Shown: positions 20,872 through 30,106 of the stretch, piece by piece
Layout of the letters: each line of letters begins with the position of its first letter
How positions within the stretch are numbered: the first letter of the stretch is position 1
DNA from: Candidatus Sericytochromatia bacterium
GTDB lineage: Bacteria > Cyanobacteriota > Sericytochromatia > S15B-MN24 > UBA4093
Length of the DNA stretch: 64,000 nt
Assembly (NCBI GenBank): GCA_036676985.1
Contig: JAKFBU010000038.1
Span: 64,001 to 128,000 of the forward strand
Direction of reading: 5' to 3'
Program-made: the position numbers and the translations under genes
Notes under the pieces: model-generated
Told to the model about the DNA's origin: nothing
Seen by the model: the letters and a program-made list of their open reading frames with translations, nothing else
Databases searched by the model: none

Positions 20872-22266
20872 TTAGTTGCTCCTCGGTGAGACCCCTGTCG
20901 GGGTCGAGCTCGCGGCGCGGGGCTCGATGACGAAGGTGGGGACGATCCCGCCTCCGGACGTGACGTTACACAGCGCGGTCCCGGACAACCGGGTGAGGAA
21001 GCCCTCGACCTCGCCCTGCCAGATATAGGGGTCGAGATCGACGTTCATCGTGTCGAAGACCAGCCCGTCGCGGATGGTCGGGAAGTCCGCCGACGCCACG
21101 ACGACCTTTTCCTGGACGACGTAGAGGTTGGCGATCGCCTTCTCGATGGCCTCGTTCCAGGCGGCCTCGTCCGACTCCCAGCCGATGTAGATGCCGCGGC
21201 CGCCGTAGTCGTCGTTGGGTTTCATGACCAGCCGGTCGCGGTTCTGACGGATGAAGTCGATGAGCTCGATCTCCTCACCCTTGTAATCGGTCTTGCCGGG
21301 GCGCACCTTGCGCGTCCAGGGGATGTGGCGGGCGATCGTCTCCTGCTCCTCGGGCGTGAAGAGGTGCTGGTTCTGGCCGTCGGTCAAGAGGCCGAAGATC
21401 ATCTTCTTGTGCAGGAACTTGCTGCGGAACGAGTTGACGATGCAGACGGCCCCGGCACGGGCGGCCTCGACCAGGGCCTGGACCTCGTCCCAGCGGGCGA
21501 CGAACTCGTGGGTGAGGACGCGGCGGTAGACCAGATCGATGGCCTCGCCGTTGGAGTCCACCAGGCGGCCGCCCTCGAAGCGCAGCCGGCGGGGATCCTC
21601 GATGACGGTCGGGATGCCCTGGGACTCGAAGTAGGCCTTGCACAGCTCGAACTCGTGGCGGGTCGAGAGGCCGTCCCAGTCGACGATGGCGATGCGCGGG
21701 GTGCGCGCGGGAAGCCCCTTGCCCTTGGCCCACACGGCGTAGGTGTCGAGCAGCGTCTTGACGAGGCGATCACGGGTCTTGAAGGCCTGGAGCGAGTACT
21801 CGCCCTCGAAGGCGCGCATGACGTCGGTGTCGCGGAAGACCTCGGCCATCACCTCGGTGTAGGCGGGACCCGCCGGGCACTCGGCGTTGAGCTCGACGAA
21901 CTGCAGATGGTCGCCCGACAGGAACGAGTCGAAGCGGGCCATGGTCGAGAAGCCGGGGTAGCCGGGGTCGATGGCGGCGAGCTCCCGCTCGCGGTCGGTC
22001 AGGCCCAGGTCCTCGACGAAGCGGGGATCCGTGAAGAACTGGTCGGAGAGCTTGTCCAGCGCCTTCCAGATGGTCTCGCACGCGTGCTTGATGAGGGCGT
22101 GCTGCTGCGGGGACAGGAACTGCGCGCGCAGGTACTCGACGGAGACGCGGTCTCCGTACATCACCCGCGCCTGACGCAGGCGGTCCGTGAACCCTTCGAA
22201 GTCGGCAGGTGTCAGGTTGGCTTGGCCAACCAACGCGTGGAAACGGTCGATCGCGCTGTTGATCAC
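20872..22266 (-). CDS. Circularly permuted (type 2) ATP-grasp ligase
   Basis: RFDSF, FVELNAECPAG, DLVYRR, MKPNDDYGGRGIYIG, YVVQE, CNVTSGGG. GTG start after GAGGAG. Confidence 0.85.
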   Translation of the reverse strand: MINSAIDRFHALVGQANLTPADFEGFTDRLRQARVMYGDRVSVEYLRAQFLSPQQHALIKHACETIWKALDKLSDQFFTDPRFVEDLGLTDRERELAAIDPGYPGFSTMARFDSFLSGDHLQFVELNAECPAGPAYTEVMAEVFRDTDVMRAFEGEYSLQAFKTRDRLVKTLLDTYAVWAKGKGLPARTPRIAIVDWDGLSTRHEFELCKAYFESQGIPTVIEDPRRLRFEGGRLVDSNGEAIDLVYRRVLTHEFVARWDEVQALVEAARAGAVCIVNSFRSKFLHKKMIFGLLTDGQNQHLFTPEEQETIARHIPWTRKVRPGKTDYKGEEIELIDFIRQNRDRLVMKPNDDYGGRGIYIGWESDEAAWNEAIEKAIANLYVVQEKVVVASADFPTIRDGLVFDTMNVDLDPYIWQGEVEGFLTRLSGTALCNVTSGGGIVPTFVIEPRAASSTPTGVSPRSN

Positions 22267-22341
22267 GATGGAGCAACTCTCCTCTTGAACGGCGGGTAAC
22301 GGCGGAGGCCAGGAGACGGACTTAATCCGTGCCGTTGCTGG

Positions 22342-23313
22342 CTAACCTGGCCCTCGGGTGGTCGTCTGCACTGACGATGTAGACCATTGTAACGCGGACG
22401 ACGGGATTTTTCTAGTTTTGTGAAGTTGCTCATTCTCGCGGAGAGCCGCCCGTCCGCCCAGGGCCAGGAGCGCCCGGTAGGCATTGACGCGCAGGACCCG
22501 TCCGCCCTGAATCCGATCACTCGTTTCCAGGAGGATGCGCTTCAGCTCCTTGGGCTTCAGGTCGGGCCGCACCGTCCGCATCAGGGCGATGACGCCCGCC
22601 ACGTGGGGAGAGGCGGCGCTGGTGCCGCCGAAGCGCCCGTGGAAGCCCGGGAAGGTGGTGGTGGCTCCGGCCGGGGCCGCCAACGAGACGTACTCCCAGC
22701 GCGGACTCCAGGAGTGGAGGCGGTCGCGGTGGTCGGTGGCGCCCACGGCGATGAGGCCCGCGAACTCGGGCAGCATCTCCCAGGAGGCCGGGTAGGTCTT
22801 GCGCTCGCGCGGGCCGCCGGCGCAGACCACGGGAATGCCGCGGCGCAGGGCCTCGTAGATGGCGTTGGCCATCTGGGCCATCGATTCATGGTTGAACTCG
22901 GGCTCTCCGACGTCGCAGCCGACGCTCAGGTTGAGCACGTCGGCGCCGAGGGCGATGGCCTGCCGGATGCCCTCGGCGATCTGGGGGGCCCGGACGTTGC
23001 CGGAGCGCGGCCGGTTGACCTTGATGGGGAGGATGCGCACCTCGGGGGCGACGCCCCGGAACCGGGCGCGCACGCCGCCGTGGCCCGCGATGATGCCCGC
23101 GACCGCCGTGCCGTGACCGTTGTCGTCGTGGGCGGGGCGGTGCGGCTCGCACAGGTTGACCCCGGGCAGGACCTTGCCCTGCAGGTCCGGGTGGCGCGGA
23201 TCGACGCCCGTGTCCAGCACGGCGACCACCACGGACGGATCGCCGGGCGTAATCCGCCAGGCGCGCGGCGCTTCAATCCGTTCGAGGGACCATTGCCAAG
23301 TCTGTCGGGTCAT
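22342..23313 (-). CDS. S8 (subtilisin-family) serine peptidase, no signal peptide
   Basis: Triad motifs VAVLDTG (Asp), DNGHGTAVAG (His), GTSAASPHVAG (Ser). Confidence 0.88.
   Translation of the reverse strand: MTRQTWQWSLERIEAPRAWRITPGDPSVVVAVLDTGVDPRHPDLQGKVLPGVNLCEPHRPAHDDNGHGTAVAGIIAGHGGVRARFRGVAPEVRILPIKVNRPRSGNVRAPQIAEGIRQAIALGADVLNLSVGCDVGEPEFNHESMAQMANAIYEALRRGIPVVCAGGPRERKTYPASWEMLPEFAGLIAVGATDHRDRLHSWSPRWEYVSLAAPAGATTTFPGFHGRFGGTSAASPHVAGVIALMRTVRPDLKPKELKRILLETSDRIQGGRVLRVNAYRALLALGGRAALRENEQLHKTRKIPSSALQWSTSSVQTTTRGPG
22386..22414 (-). promoter_or_regulatory. Putative sigma70 promoter for the ligase operon
   Basis: TAGAAA-17 nt-TACAAT on the minus strand, in a locally AT-rich patch. 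Confidence 0.45.
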
Positions 23314-23352
23314 CCTTCCAGTGTAGCAAGCTTCCGAGCAGGTGCCAAGCGG

Positions 23353-24924
23353 CTATTTCCGGGGCCTCGTCCCGTCCCAGCCGCGCTCCGGGGGGAGTTC
23401 GCCGATCGGCTGCAGGTCGGACTCGGCCCGGCGGGACCGAGCGGCCGGTCCCATGGCGCTCGGCAGGCTCGCGACCAGATCGCTCGCGATCAGGGCATGC
23501 CGCCCGTCGGCGGCGTGGAGCCCCGCGAGACCATGCCAGGCGACGCCCTGGCGCGCGGCCGCGACCGGGGCGAGTCCCTGGGCGAGCAGGCCGCCCAGGA
23601 CGCCTGCGAGCACGTCCCCCGAGCCCGCGGTCGCCATGGCGGGGGTGCCCAGCACGTTGACGCCGTAGGTCCCCCCGGGCTCGGCCACGAGCGTCCGGGC
23701 CCCTTTGAGGATCGCGATCGCCCCGGCTCGGTCGGCGATCGCCCGCGCATGCTCCAGTCGATCGGCCTGTACCTGCCGGCTCGTCGAGCCGAGCAGCCGT
23801 GCGGCCTCACCCGGATGCGGCGTGAGCAGGCGCGGCCCCGGGGCGCCGAGGGCCAGGAGTTCGGGCTGGAGGGCGTCGGCGTCGACCACCAGGGGACGAT
23901 CCCACGTGCGGTAGAGGCGCTCGGCCAGTCCCAGGGCCTCGGCGCCGCGCGAGAGGCCGGGGCCGAGGATGCCCGCTTGGCAGCGCTCCAGGAGGGCCGC
24001 CAGGGGCTCCCAGGCTCCCGCGGCGAGCCCGCCGTCCACCGCCATGGGCAGGCCGTACACGACGGCCTCCGGGACCTGCACGGCCACCGCGTCGCGGATG
24101 CCCTCCGGCACCGCCAGGTACACGAGGCCCGCCCCCACCCGGGCGGCCGCCCGGGCCGCGAGGGCCGGAGCCCCGCTCATGGCGGCCGATCCCCCCACGA
24201 TGAGCAGCGATCCCGCCGTGCCCTTGTGGGCGGCGAGCTCCCGCGGGGGCAAGGCCTGCGGTACGAGGACCTCCCCCGGCAACTGGTCGAGCAGGCAAGG
24301 CGCCAAGCCGATGTCCGCGAGCACGAGGCGCCCGACCATGGCGAGGGCCGGGTCCATGAGCAGGCCGGACTTGAGGACGCCCGCGGCCACCGTGTGGGTC
24401 GCCGTCACCACGGGGCCCATGGCCGCGCCGGTGGTGCCGTCGAGCCCGGAGGGCAGATCCACCGCCACGACCGCCCGGGCCCGGGCGGTCTCGATGGCCT
24501 GGATCGCTTGGGCCGCAAGGCCTGTGGGCTCGCGGTTGAGCCCGCAGCCGAAGAGGGCGTCCACGAGGACGGCGTTGTCCGGCAGGCACGTGCCGGCCGC
24601 GAAGGACTCGAGCCTGACGCCCCAGCGCCTGGCCCAGTCGAGCTGACGGGCGTGGGAGGCCGTGCCCTTGCCTTCTAGGCCATAGACGACGGGATCGTGG
24701 CCCCAGCCTTTCAGGAGGCGGGCCGCCGCGAGGCCGTCCGCCCCGTTGTTGCCCGTGCCCGCCACCACCGCGATCGCCGTGCCGGGGGCGCAGAGGGCGC
24801 GCACCTGGTGAGCGACGCCGAGCGCCGCGCGCTCCATCAGGACCAGCTCCGGCACGCCCCAGGTCTCGATCTGCTCCGCCTCGAGGCGACGGGTTTCGGC
24901 GACGGTGGCGACGGCGGTGCGCAT
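23353..24924 (-). CDS. nnr: Bifunctional NAD(P)H-hydrate epimerase/dehydratase
   Basis: LMERAA, GTGNNGADG, DALFGCG, DLPSG, HKGTAG, VVDADAL, TPHPGE, AGSGDVLAG. Confidence 0.93.
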   Translation of the reverse strand: MRTAVATVAETRRLEAEQIETWGVPELVLMERAALGVAHQVRALCAPGTAIAVVAGTGNNGADGLAAARLLKGWGHDPVVYGLEGKGTASHARQLDWARRWGVRLESFAAGTCLPDNAVLVDALFGCGLNREPTGLAAQAIQAIETARARAVVAVDLPSGLDGTTGAAMGPVVTATHTVAAGVLKSGLLMDPALAMVGRLVLADIGLAPCLLDQLPGEVLVPQALPPRELAAHKGTAGSLLIVGGSAAMSGAPALAARAAARVGAGLVYLAVPEGIRDAVAVQVPEAVVYGLPMAVDGGLAAGAWEPLAALLERCQAGILGPGLSRGAEALGLAERLYRTWDRPLVVDADALQPELLALGAPGPRLLTPHPGEAARLLGSTSRQVQADRLEHARAIADRAGAIAILKGARTLVAEPGGTYGVNVLGTPAMATAGSGDVLAGVLGGLLAQGLAPVAAARQGVAWHGLAGLHAADGRHALIASDLVASLPSAMGPAARSRRAESDLQPIGELPPERGWDGTRPRK

Positions 24925-25049
24925 GGGCCCTCCTGGCTACGTGCGAGCGTTGGTTTACATCATAGTACCGCGGATCTAGGATGCCCGTGACGTCCCGGTC
25001 ACGGGCGCCTGGGCGCCTGCTGCCCCGCGGATGGCCGAGAGGAGGGTCC

Positions 25050-25697
25050 ATGATCTTCCCGAACCGAGAGCAAGCGGGCATCCAGCTCGCCCGTCGACTG
25101 AGTGATTGCCGGGATGCCCGTCCGGTCGTCTTGGCCCTGCCCCGCGGGGGGCTGCCCATCGGGCGAGCCGTCGCGGATGCAATCGGGGCCCCCCTGGACG
25201 TGGTGGTCGCCCGCAAGATCGGGGCCCCCGGCAACGAGGAGTTCGCCATCGGGGCCGTCACGGCCCGCGGCCAGCGGGTCCTCAACGAGCAGGCCCTCCG
25301 GTACGTGGTCCTGCCGCCCGGCTACCTGGACAGGACGACCGAGGCGCAGCGGCGGGTGGCGGAGGCGCGCGAGGCCAGCTACCGGGGCATCCACCCCCAC
25401 GAGGACCTGGCGGGGCGCACGGCGATCCTGGTGGACGACGGCATCGCCACGGGCATGACCATGCGCGCGGCCATCGAAGACGTCCGAGCGCGCTCGCCCC
25501 GTCAGGTGGTCGTGGCCGCCCCCGTCATGCCGCCGGACACCTACGCGGAGCTGTCGCGCCTGGCCGACCGGGTCGTGGCGCTCGAGGTGCCGCGGGACTT
25601 CCAGGCCGTCGGCCAGTTCTACCGCGACTTCACCCAGGTCACCGACGAAGAGGCCGAGGCCCTGCTCGCCGCCCGGCCCCGCGAGGGGGCGCCATGA
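25050..25697 (+). CDS. Type I phosphoribosyltransferase family protein
   Basis: VLALPRGG, RKIGAPGNEEFAIGA, PRPP loop ILVDDGIATG, AVGQFYRDFTQVTD. AGGAGG RBS. Confidence 0.9.
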   Translation: MIFPNREQAGIQLARRLSDCRDARPVVLALPRGGLPIGRAVADAIGAPLDVVVARKIGAPGNEEFAIGAVTARGQRVLNEQALRYVVLPPGYLDRTTEAQRRVAEAREASYRGIHPHEDLAGRTAILVDDGIATGMTMRAAIEDVRARSPRQVVVAAPVMPPDTYAELSRLADRVVALEVPRDFQAVGQFYRDFTQVTDEEAEALLAARPREGAP

Positions 25698-27019
25698 GCC
25701 CGCTACGCACGCCAACGGCGGCCGCTTCGCTCGCGTCCTGGGTGACCCACCGGGCACGCCCCTTGGCCGGACGCCATGACGACTACGACGACCTCATGGA
25801 ACTGGTGGGCGACGCGCGGATCGTCATGCTGGGCGAGGCCACCCACGGCACGGCCGAGTTCTATGCCACCCGGGCCCGGTTCACCCAGCGCCTGATCGAG
25901 GAGAAGGGGTTCAACCTGGTGGCCATCGAGGGCGACTGGCCCGACGCCCTGCGGGTCGACGACTACGTGAGCGGCGGAGCCGGGACGGCCCGCGAGGCCC
26001 TCGAGGGCTTCAAGCGCTTCCCCACCTGGATGTGGCGCAACTCGGTGGTGCTCGGCTTCGTCGAGTGGCTGCGCGCCCACAACCTCCGGCGGGGCAAGGA
26101 GGGCCCCGTTCGGTTCTATGGCCTGGACCTCTACTGCCTCCATGGGTCCATGGAGTCCGTCCTGCGCTTCCTGGACCGGGTGGACCCCGCGGCCGCGGCA
26201 CGGGCGCGCGGACGTTACGCCTGCTTCGAGCCCTTCGGGTCCGACACCCAGCAGTACGCGCGCCTGGTGCACTTGCTGCCCGATACCTGCGAGGCGGACG
26301 TGACCCGGGTGATGGTCGACCTCGCGCGCGAGCGCGCCCGCTATGAGCGCCATGCCGGGCCGGATGCCGCCTTCGCGGCGGAGCTGAACGCGCTCGCGGC
26401 CGTGGACGCGGAGCACTACTACCGCATGATGACCTTCGGCGGGGCCGTCACCTGGAACCTGCGCGATCGCCACATGGTCGAGACCCTCGAGCGGACGCTC
26501 GCCCACATGGGCCCCGACGCCAAGGCGGTCCTCTGGGAGCACAACAGCCACATCGGGGACTTCCGGGCCACCGGCATCGGACGCAGCGGCCACCTGAACG
26601 TGGGCCAGCTCCTGCGCGAGCGCTACGGCGCGCAGGTGGTGGCCGTCGGCTACGGCACCCACCGGGGGACGGTGACGGCGGCTTCTGCCTGGGACGGGCC
26701 CGCCGCGTACAAGCGCGTCCCGCCCGCCCGGGCGGGCAGCTACGAGGACATCTTCCACCGGGCGGAGCATGCGGCCTTCTACCTGCGCCTCAAGGGGCTG
26801 GACTACCGGCTCCCAGACGCGTGGCTCTTCGAGGTCCGCGACGAGCGCGCCATCGGCGTGGTCTACGACCCCGAGCGCGAGCACTTCGCCAACTACGTGC
26901 CCTCGCGGCTGGCCGAGCGCTACGACGCCTTCCTCTTCTTCGACGAGACGCTCGCCGTCGAGCCCCTGGACCCGGGCCCGGAGCCGCCCGGACTCGAGAC
27001 CTACCCGACGGGCCTGTGA
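25694..27019 (+). CDS. Erythromycin esterase family protein
   Basis: LGEATHGT, EGDWPD, FPTWMWRN, GLDLY, WNLRD, HNSHIGD, RAIGVVY. ATGA overlap with the PRTase gene. Confidence 0.9.
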   Translation: MSPLRTPTAAASLASWVTHRARPLAGRHDDYDDLMELVGDARIVMLGEATHGTAEFYATRARFTQRLIEEKGFNLVAIEGDWPDALRVDDYVSGGAGTAREALEGFKRFPTWMWRNSVVLGFVEWLRAHNLRRGKEGPVRFYGLDLYCLHGSMESVLRFLDRVDPAAAARARGRYACFEPFGSDTQQYARLVHLLPDTCEADVTRVMVDLARERARYERHAGPDAAFAAELNALAAVDAEHYYRMMTFGGAVTWNLRDRHMVETLERTLAHMGPDAKAVLWEHNSHIGDFRATGIGRSGHLNVGQLLRERYGAQVVAVGYGTHRGTVTAASAWDGPAAYKRVPPARAGSYEDIFHRAEHAAFYLRLKGLDYRLPDAWLFEVRDERAIGVVYDPEREHFANYVPSRLAERYDAFLFFDETLAVEPLDPGPEPPGLETYPTGL

Positions 27020-27022
27020 GCC

Positions 27023-27922
27023 ATGCGCGCGCGGATCGTCGGCCCCCCGAGCCAGGAGCCCCTGCTGCGCGCCGTCGCCCGAGCGGCGGACCTGCAAGTC
27101 GGACAGGTCACGATCGGGGGCTATCCCGACGGTGAGCGGGAGGTGCGCCTCCACGACTCGCTCTGGGGGCAGGCGGCCGTTCTGCTCTGCTCCACGGGCC
27201 CGCCCGTCGACGCCCTGACCATGACCCTCGCCTTGCTGGCCGACGCGGCGCGCCGCGCGGGGGCGGTCCGGATCGTGGCCGTCGTGCCCTACATGGGCTA
27301 CGCGCGCAGCGATCGCCTCGCGGAGTGGGGACGCCCCATCGGGGCCCGGGTGGTGGCGGACCTGTGGCAGGCCGCGGGCGTCACCCACCTGGTGGCGCTG
27401 GACCTCCACAACCCGGCCAGCGTGGGCTTCTTCACCATCCCGGTGCTCGAGGTGAGCGCCCTCGAACTCTTCGCGGAGGCCCTGAGGCCAGCCGAGGGCC
27501 AGGTGATCGTGGCCCCCGATGCGGGGGCGGCCAAGCGCGTGAGCCGCCTCTCCACCATGCTGGGCCGGCCCATGGCCGTCGCCGCCAAGGCGCGCCTCGG
27601 GCCCGAGAGCCCGCGCATCCTGCAGGTGTGCGGGGCCGTCGCGGGCCGCGACGTGGTGGTCCTGGACGACATGATCAGCACCGGGGCGACCGTGGAGCAG
27701 GTGGTGGCGGCGCTGCGGGCCGAAGGCGCCCGGCACGTCGACGTGGCCGCCTCCCATGCCGTCATGAGCGGCGCGGCCGAAGCGCGGCTGCGCCGGCTGG
27801 GGCTCAGGCGCCTGATCGTGACGGACTCCCTGCCCTATGGGCCGAGCGTCCCGTGGCCCGAGCTGGAGGTGCGCTCGGTGGCCCCGCTCTTGGCGCGGGC
27901 CGTCACGGCATGCTTGGAATGA
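27023..27922 (+). CDS. prs: Ribose-phosphate pyrophosphokinase (divergent)
   Basis: YPDGE, PYMGYARSDR, LDLH, VAPDAGA, LDDMISTGAT, IVTDS. Confidence 0.85.
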   Translation: MRARIVGPPSQEPLLRAVARAADLQVGQVTIGGYPDGEREVRLHDSLWGQAAVLLCSTGPPVDALTMTLALLADAARRAGAVRIVAVVPYMGYARSDRLAEWGRPIGARVVADLWQAAGVTHLVALDLHNPASVGFFTIPVLEVSALELFAEALRPAEGQVIVAPDAGAAKRVSRLSTMLGRPMAVAAKARLGPESPRILQVCGAVAGRDVVVLDDMISTGATVEQVVAALRAEGARHVDVAASHAVMSGAAEARLRRLGLRRLIVTDSLPYGPSVPWPELEVRSVAPLLARAVTACLE

Positions 27923-28283
27923 CGGGCCGCGTCCGACTCCGGGACTCGATGGGGTAGCCCACCTTGCGCCGCCGCCAGGCGGGATAGCCGCCCATGAGCG
28001 GGTGAGTGTTGGCGTAGCCGTGCTCGATGAGCCGCCGGGCCACCCGGGCGCTCGTGAGCTCGCCGGGGTCCGCGCAGTAGGTCACGATGAGCGAGTCCTT
28101 GGGCACGGGCAGGTGCAAGGCGTCGGCCTCGAGCAGGTCCGCCGGGTCGTAGTAGACCGCGCCGCGGATCTGCGTGGTGTCGGGCTGGGGTCGGACGTCC
28201 ATGAGCAGGAGGAGGTCGCCGCGGTCGAGCCGCTGCTTGACCTGTTGCATGGTGAAGCGCTCGATGGTGGGTTCGGGCCGCAT
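27903..28283 (-). CDS. Rhodanese-like domain protein
   Basis: MDVR, IRGA, IVTYC, LMGGYPAW. AAGGAGG RBS. Confidence 0.8.
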   Translation of the reverse strand: MRPEPTIERFTMQQVKQRLDRGDLLLLMDVRPQPDTTQIRGAVYYDPADLLEADALHLPVPKDSLIVTYCADPGELTSARVARRLIEHGYANTHPLMGGYPAWRRRKVGYPIESRSRTRPVIPSMP

Positions 28284-28479
28284 TGGGATCCTCCTTGGCC
28301 TCCTATGATGGGCGGCCCTCGGTCGCCAGGCGAGGGCCGTTTCGGCCAAACTTCATGCCCCCGCCTTTCGGTCGTCCGGCCCTTCCTGGCTCACGCCCCT
28401 TTGCTTGTTTGCGCTGAAAACGTTCGTTGTTATCATGCGCAAGTCCCGGGCCGGGGCCCGAGCGAGTGAGGAGGCGACC

Positions 28480-28842
28480 ATGAGCACGCGCGTCATCCCG
28501 GTGGAGCAGTGGCTGAGCACCCTCAACGACCTGAGCGTCCTCAAGCGGCGTGCGCCCGTGCGCGTCGAGCTAGAGAGCGACGAGCTGGGCCGCAAGACCA
28601 TCGCCGAGCGGGCCCCGCTCCTCGGCATGGCGCCCGAGATGAAGGGGAGTGCGGCCTGTGCGGTGGCCATCGAGGTCGGCGAGCAGCGGGTGGACCGGTC
28701 CGATCGCCTGACGCACGAGGTCATCTGCACCCGCCAGCTGGTCCTCGAGGAGGACGAGGCGGGTAACCCCACGTGCCTCGACATCGCGGGCGAGGACCCG
28801 CGCACGCATGCCAAGGTCACCACCGTCGTGCGGTTCCTCTGA
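28480..28842 (+). CDS. DUF5335-like hypothetical protein
   Basis: TRVIPVEQW, ELESDELG, PLLGM, LTHEV pattern; GAGGAGG RBS. Confidence 0.6.
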   Translation: MSTRVIPVEQWLSTLNDLSVLKRRAPVRVELESDELGRKTIAERAPLLGMAPEMKGSAACAVAIEVGEQRVDRSDRLTHEVICTRQLVLEEDEAGNPTCLDIAGEDPRTHAKVTTVVRFL

Positions 28843-28851
28843 GGTGGCGTC

Positions 28852-29526
28852 ATGACCAAGCCGATCGAACGCGCGCGCGCCGGGGGCGGCGAGCGCCTGG
28901 TGCATGTCCCGATAGGCGACGTCTCGCTCGAGGGAAACCTGGTCGTGCCCGAGGGGGCCAAGGGGGTGGTCCTCTTCGCCCACGGCAGCGGCAGCAGCCG
29001 CCACAGCCCGCGCAACCGCTACGTGGCCGAGGTCCTCCAGCGCGCGGGGCTCGGCACCCTGCTCATCGACCTCTTGACCCGCGACGAGGAGGCCGCCGAC
29101 ATGCTCTCGGGCGAGTGGCGCTTCGACATCCCCCTGTTGGCCCGGCGGCTCGTCGGCACCACGGACTGGCTGCGGCGCGAGCCCGAGACGCGGGACCTCT
29201 CGGTGGGCTACTTCGGGGCGAGCACGGGCGGGGGGGCGGCCCTGGTGGCGGCCGCCGAGCGCCCCGACGTCGTCAAGGCCGTGGTGTCGCGGGGCGGGCG
29301 CCCGGACCTCGCGGGCGCGGCCCTTGCGCGGGTCGCGGCGCCCACCCTGCTCCTGGTGGGGGGGGACGACGAGCCCGTCATCGAGCTCAACCGCATGGCC
29401 GTAGCGGCCATGCCGGGCCCGAAGGAGCTTGCGATCATTCCGGGGGCCACGCACCTCTTCGAGGAGCCCGGCACCCTGGAGGCCGTCGCTCGCAAGGCGG
29501 CCGACTGGTTCGGGCGGTACCTCTAG
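28852..29526 (+). CDS. Dienelactone-hydrolase-like alpha/beta hydrolase
   Basis: FAHGSGSSRHSPRN, GYFGASTG, VSRGGRPDLA, GATHLFEEPG. Confidence 0.9.
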   Translation: MTKPIERARAGGGERLVHVPIGDVSLEGNLVVPEGAKGVVLFAHGSGSSRHSPRNRYVAEVLQRAGLGTLLIDLLTRDEEAADMLSGEWRFDIPLLARRLVGTTDWLRREPETRDLSVGYFGASTGGGAALVAAAERPDVVKAVVSRGGRPDLAGAALARVAAPTLLLVGGDDEPVIELNRMAVAAMPGPKELAIIPGATHLFEEPGTLEAVARKAADWFGRYL

Positions 29527-29999
29527 GCGTTCGCCGCCCGTTTGGCGAGCGTGCGGCGCTCGGTCCACAAGAGCAGGAAGAGGCCGGTCCACATGACGCC
29601 GCTCAGGGGCAGGATCCATTGCCAGAGCACCTGAAAGCCATGGCGGCCCACGACCTGCAGGAAGAGCCATGCCATAGCCTTTTGCTCCACGGCGAAGCCG
29701 AGCGCCCAGAGGTTGGCCTGGTACTCCCGGCTCCACCGGTGCTCCACGTCCGGGCGGACGATGCCCGTGGCCCGAAAGAGCCGGTTCTGGCGGAAGGAGG
29801 CGGCGAGGGTGTAGACGAGCAGCAACACGCCGGCCACGCCCAGCGGGAAGTAGAGCAGCCCCACGGGCACCAGCTGCAGCACGAGGCCCGCGACGAAGAG
29901 GCGCGTGTAGGCGCTCTGACGGCGCAGGACGCCGACGAGCAGCCCCAGGAAGGGCAGGCTGGCGAACATGTAGCAGAAGACCACGGCAATCGCTTGCAT
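29523..29999 (-). CDS. Hypothetical membrane protein
   Basis: Several hydrophobic stretches; start codon uncertain. Confidence 0.55.
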   Translation of the reverse strand: MQAIAVVFCYMFASLPFLGLLVGVLRRQSAYTRLFVAGLVLQLVPVGLLYFPLGVAGVLLLVYTLAASFRQNRLFRATGIVRPDVEHRWSREYQANLWALGFAVEQKAMAWLFLQVVGRHGFQVLWQWILPLSGVMWTGLFLLLWTERRTLAKRAANA

Positions 30000-30106
30000 G
30001 GCCCCATGATACCCGAGGTGCCCGCCGATGCCCCCGCTCGTGGCAGGCCGGACGGGTGTGGTATGGTGAGGGCGCAAATGCTCGGTGACATGGGGTGGCG
30101 TCTCGC

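Noticed and set aside
25694-27019. Macrolide resistance gene (ereA/B)
   Set aside because: It belongs by motif and context to the widespread PRTase-associated branch, and there is no mobile context.
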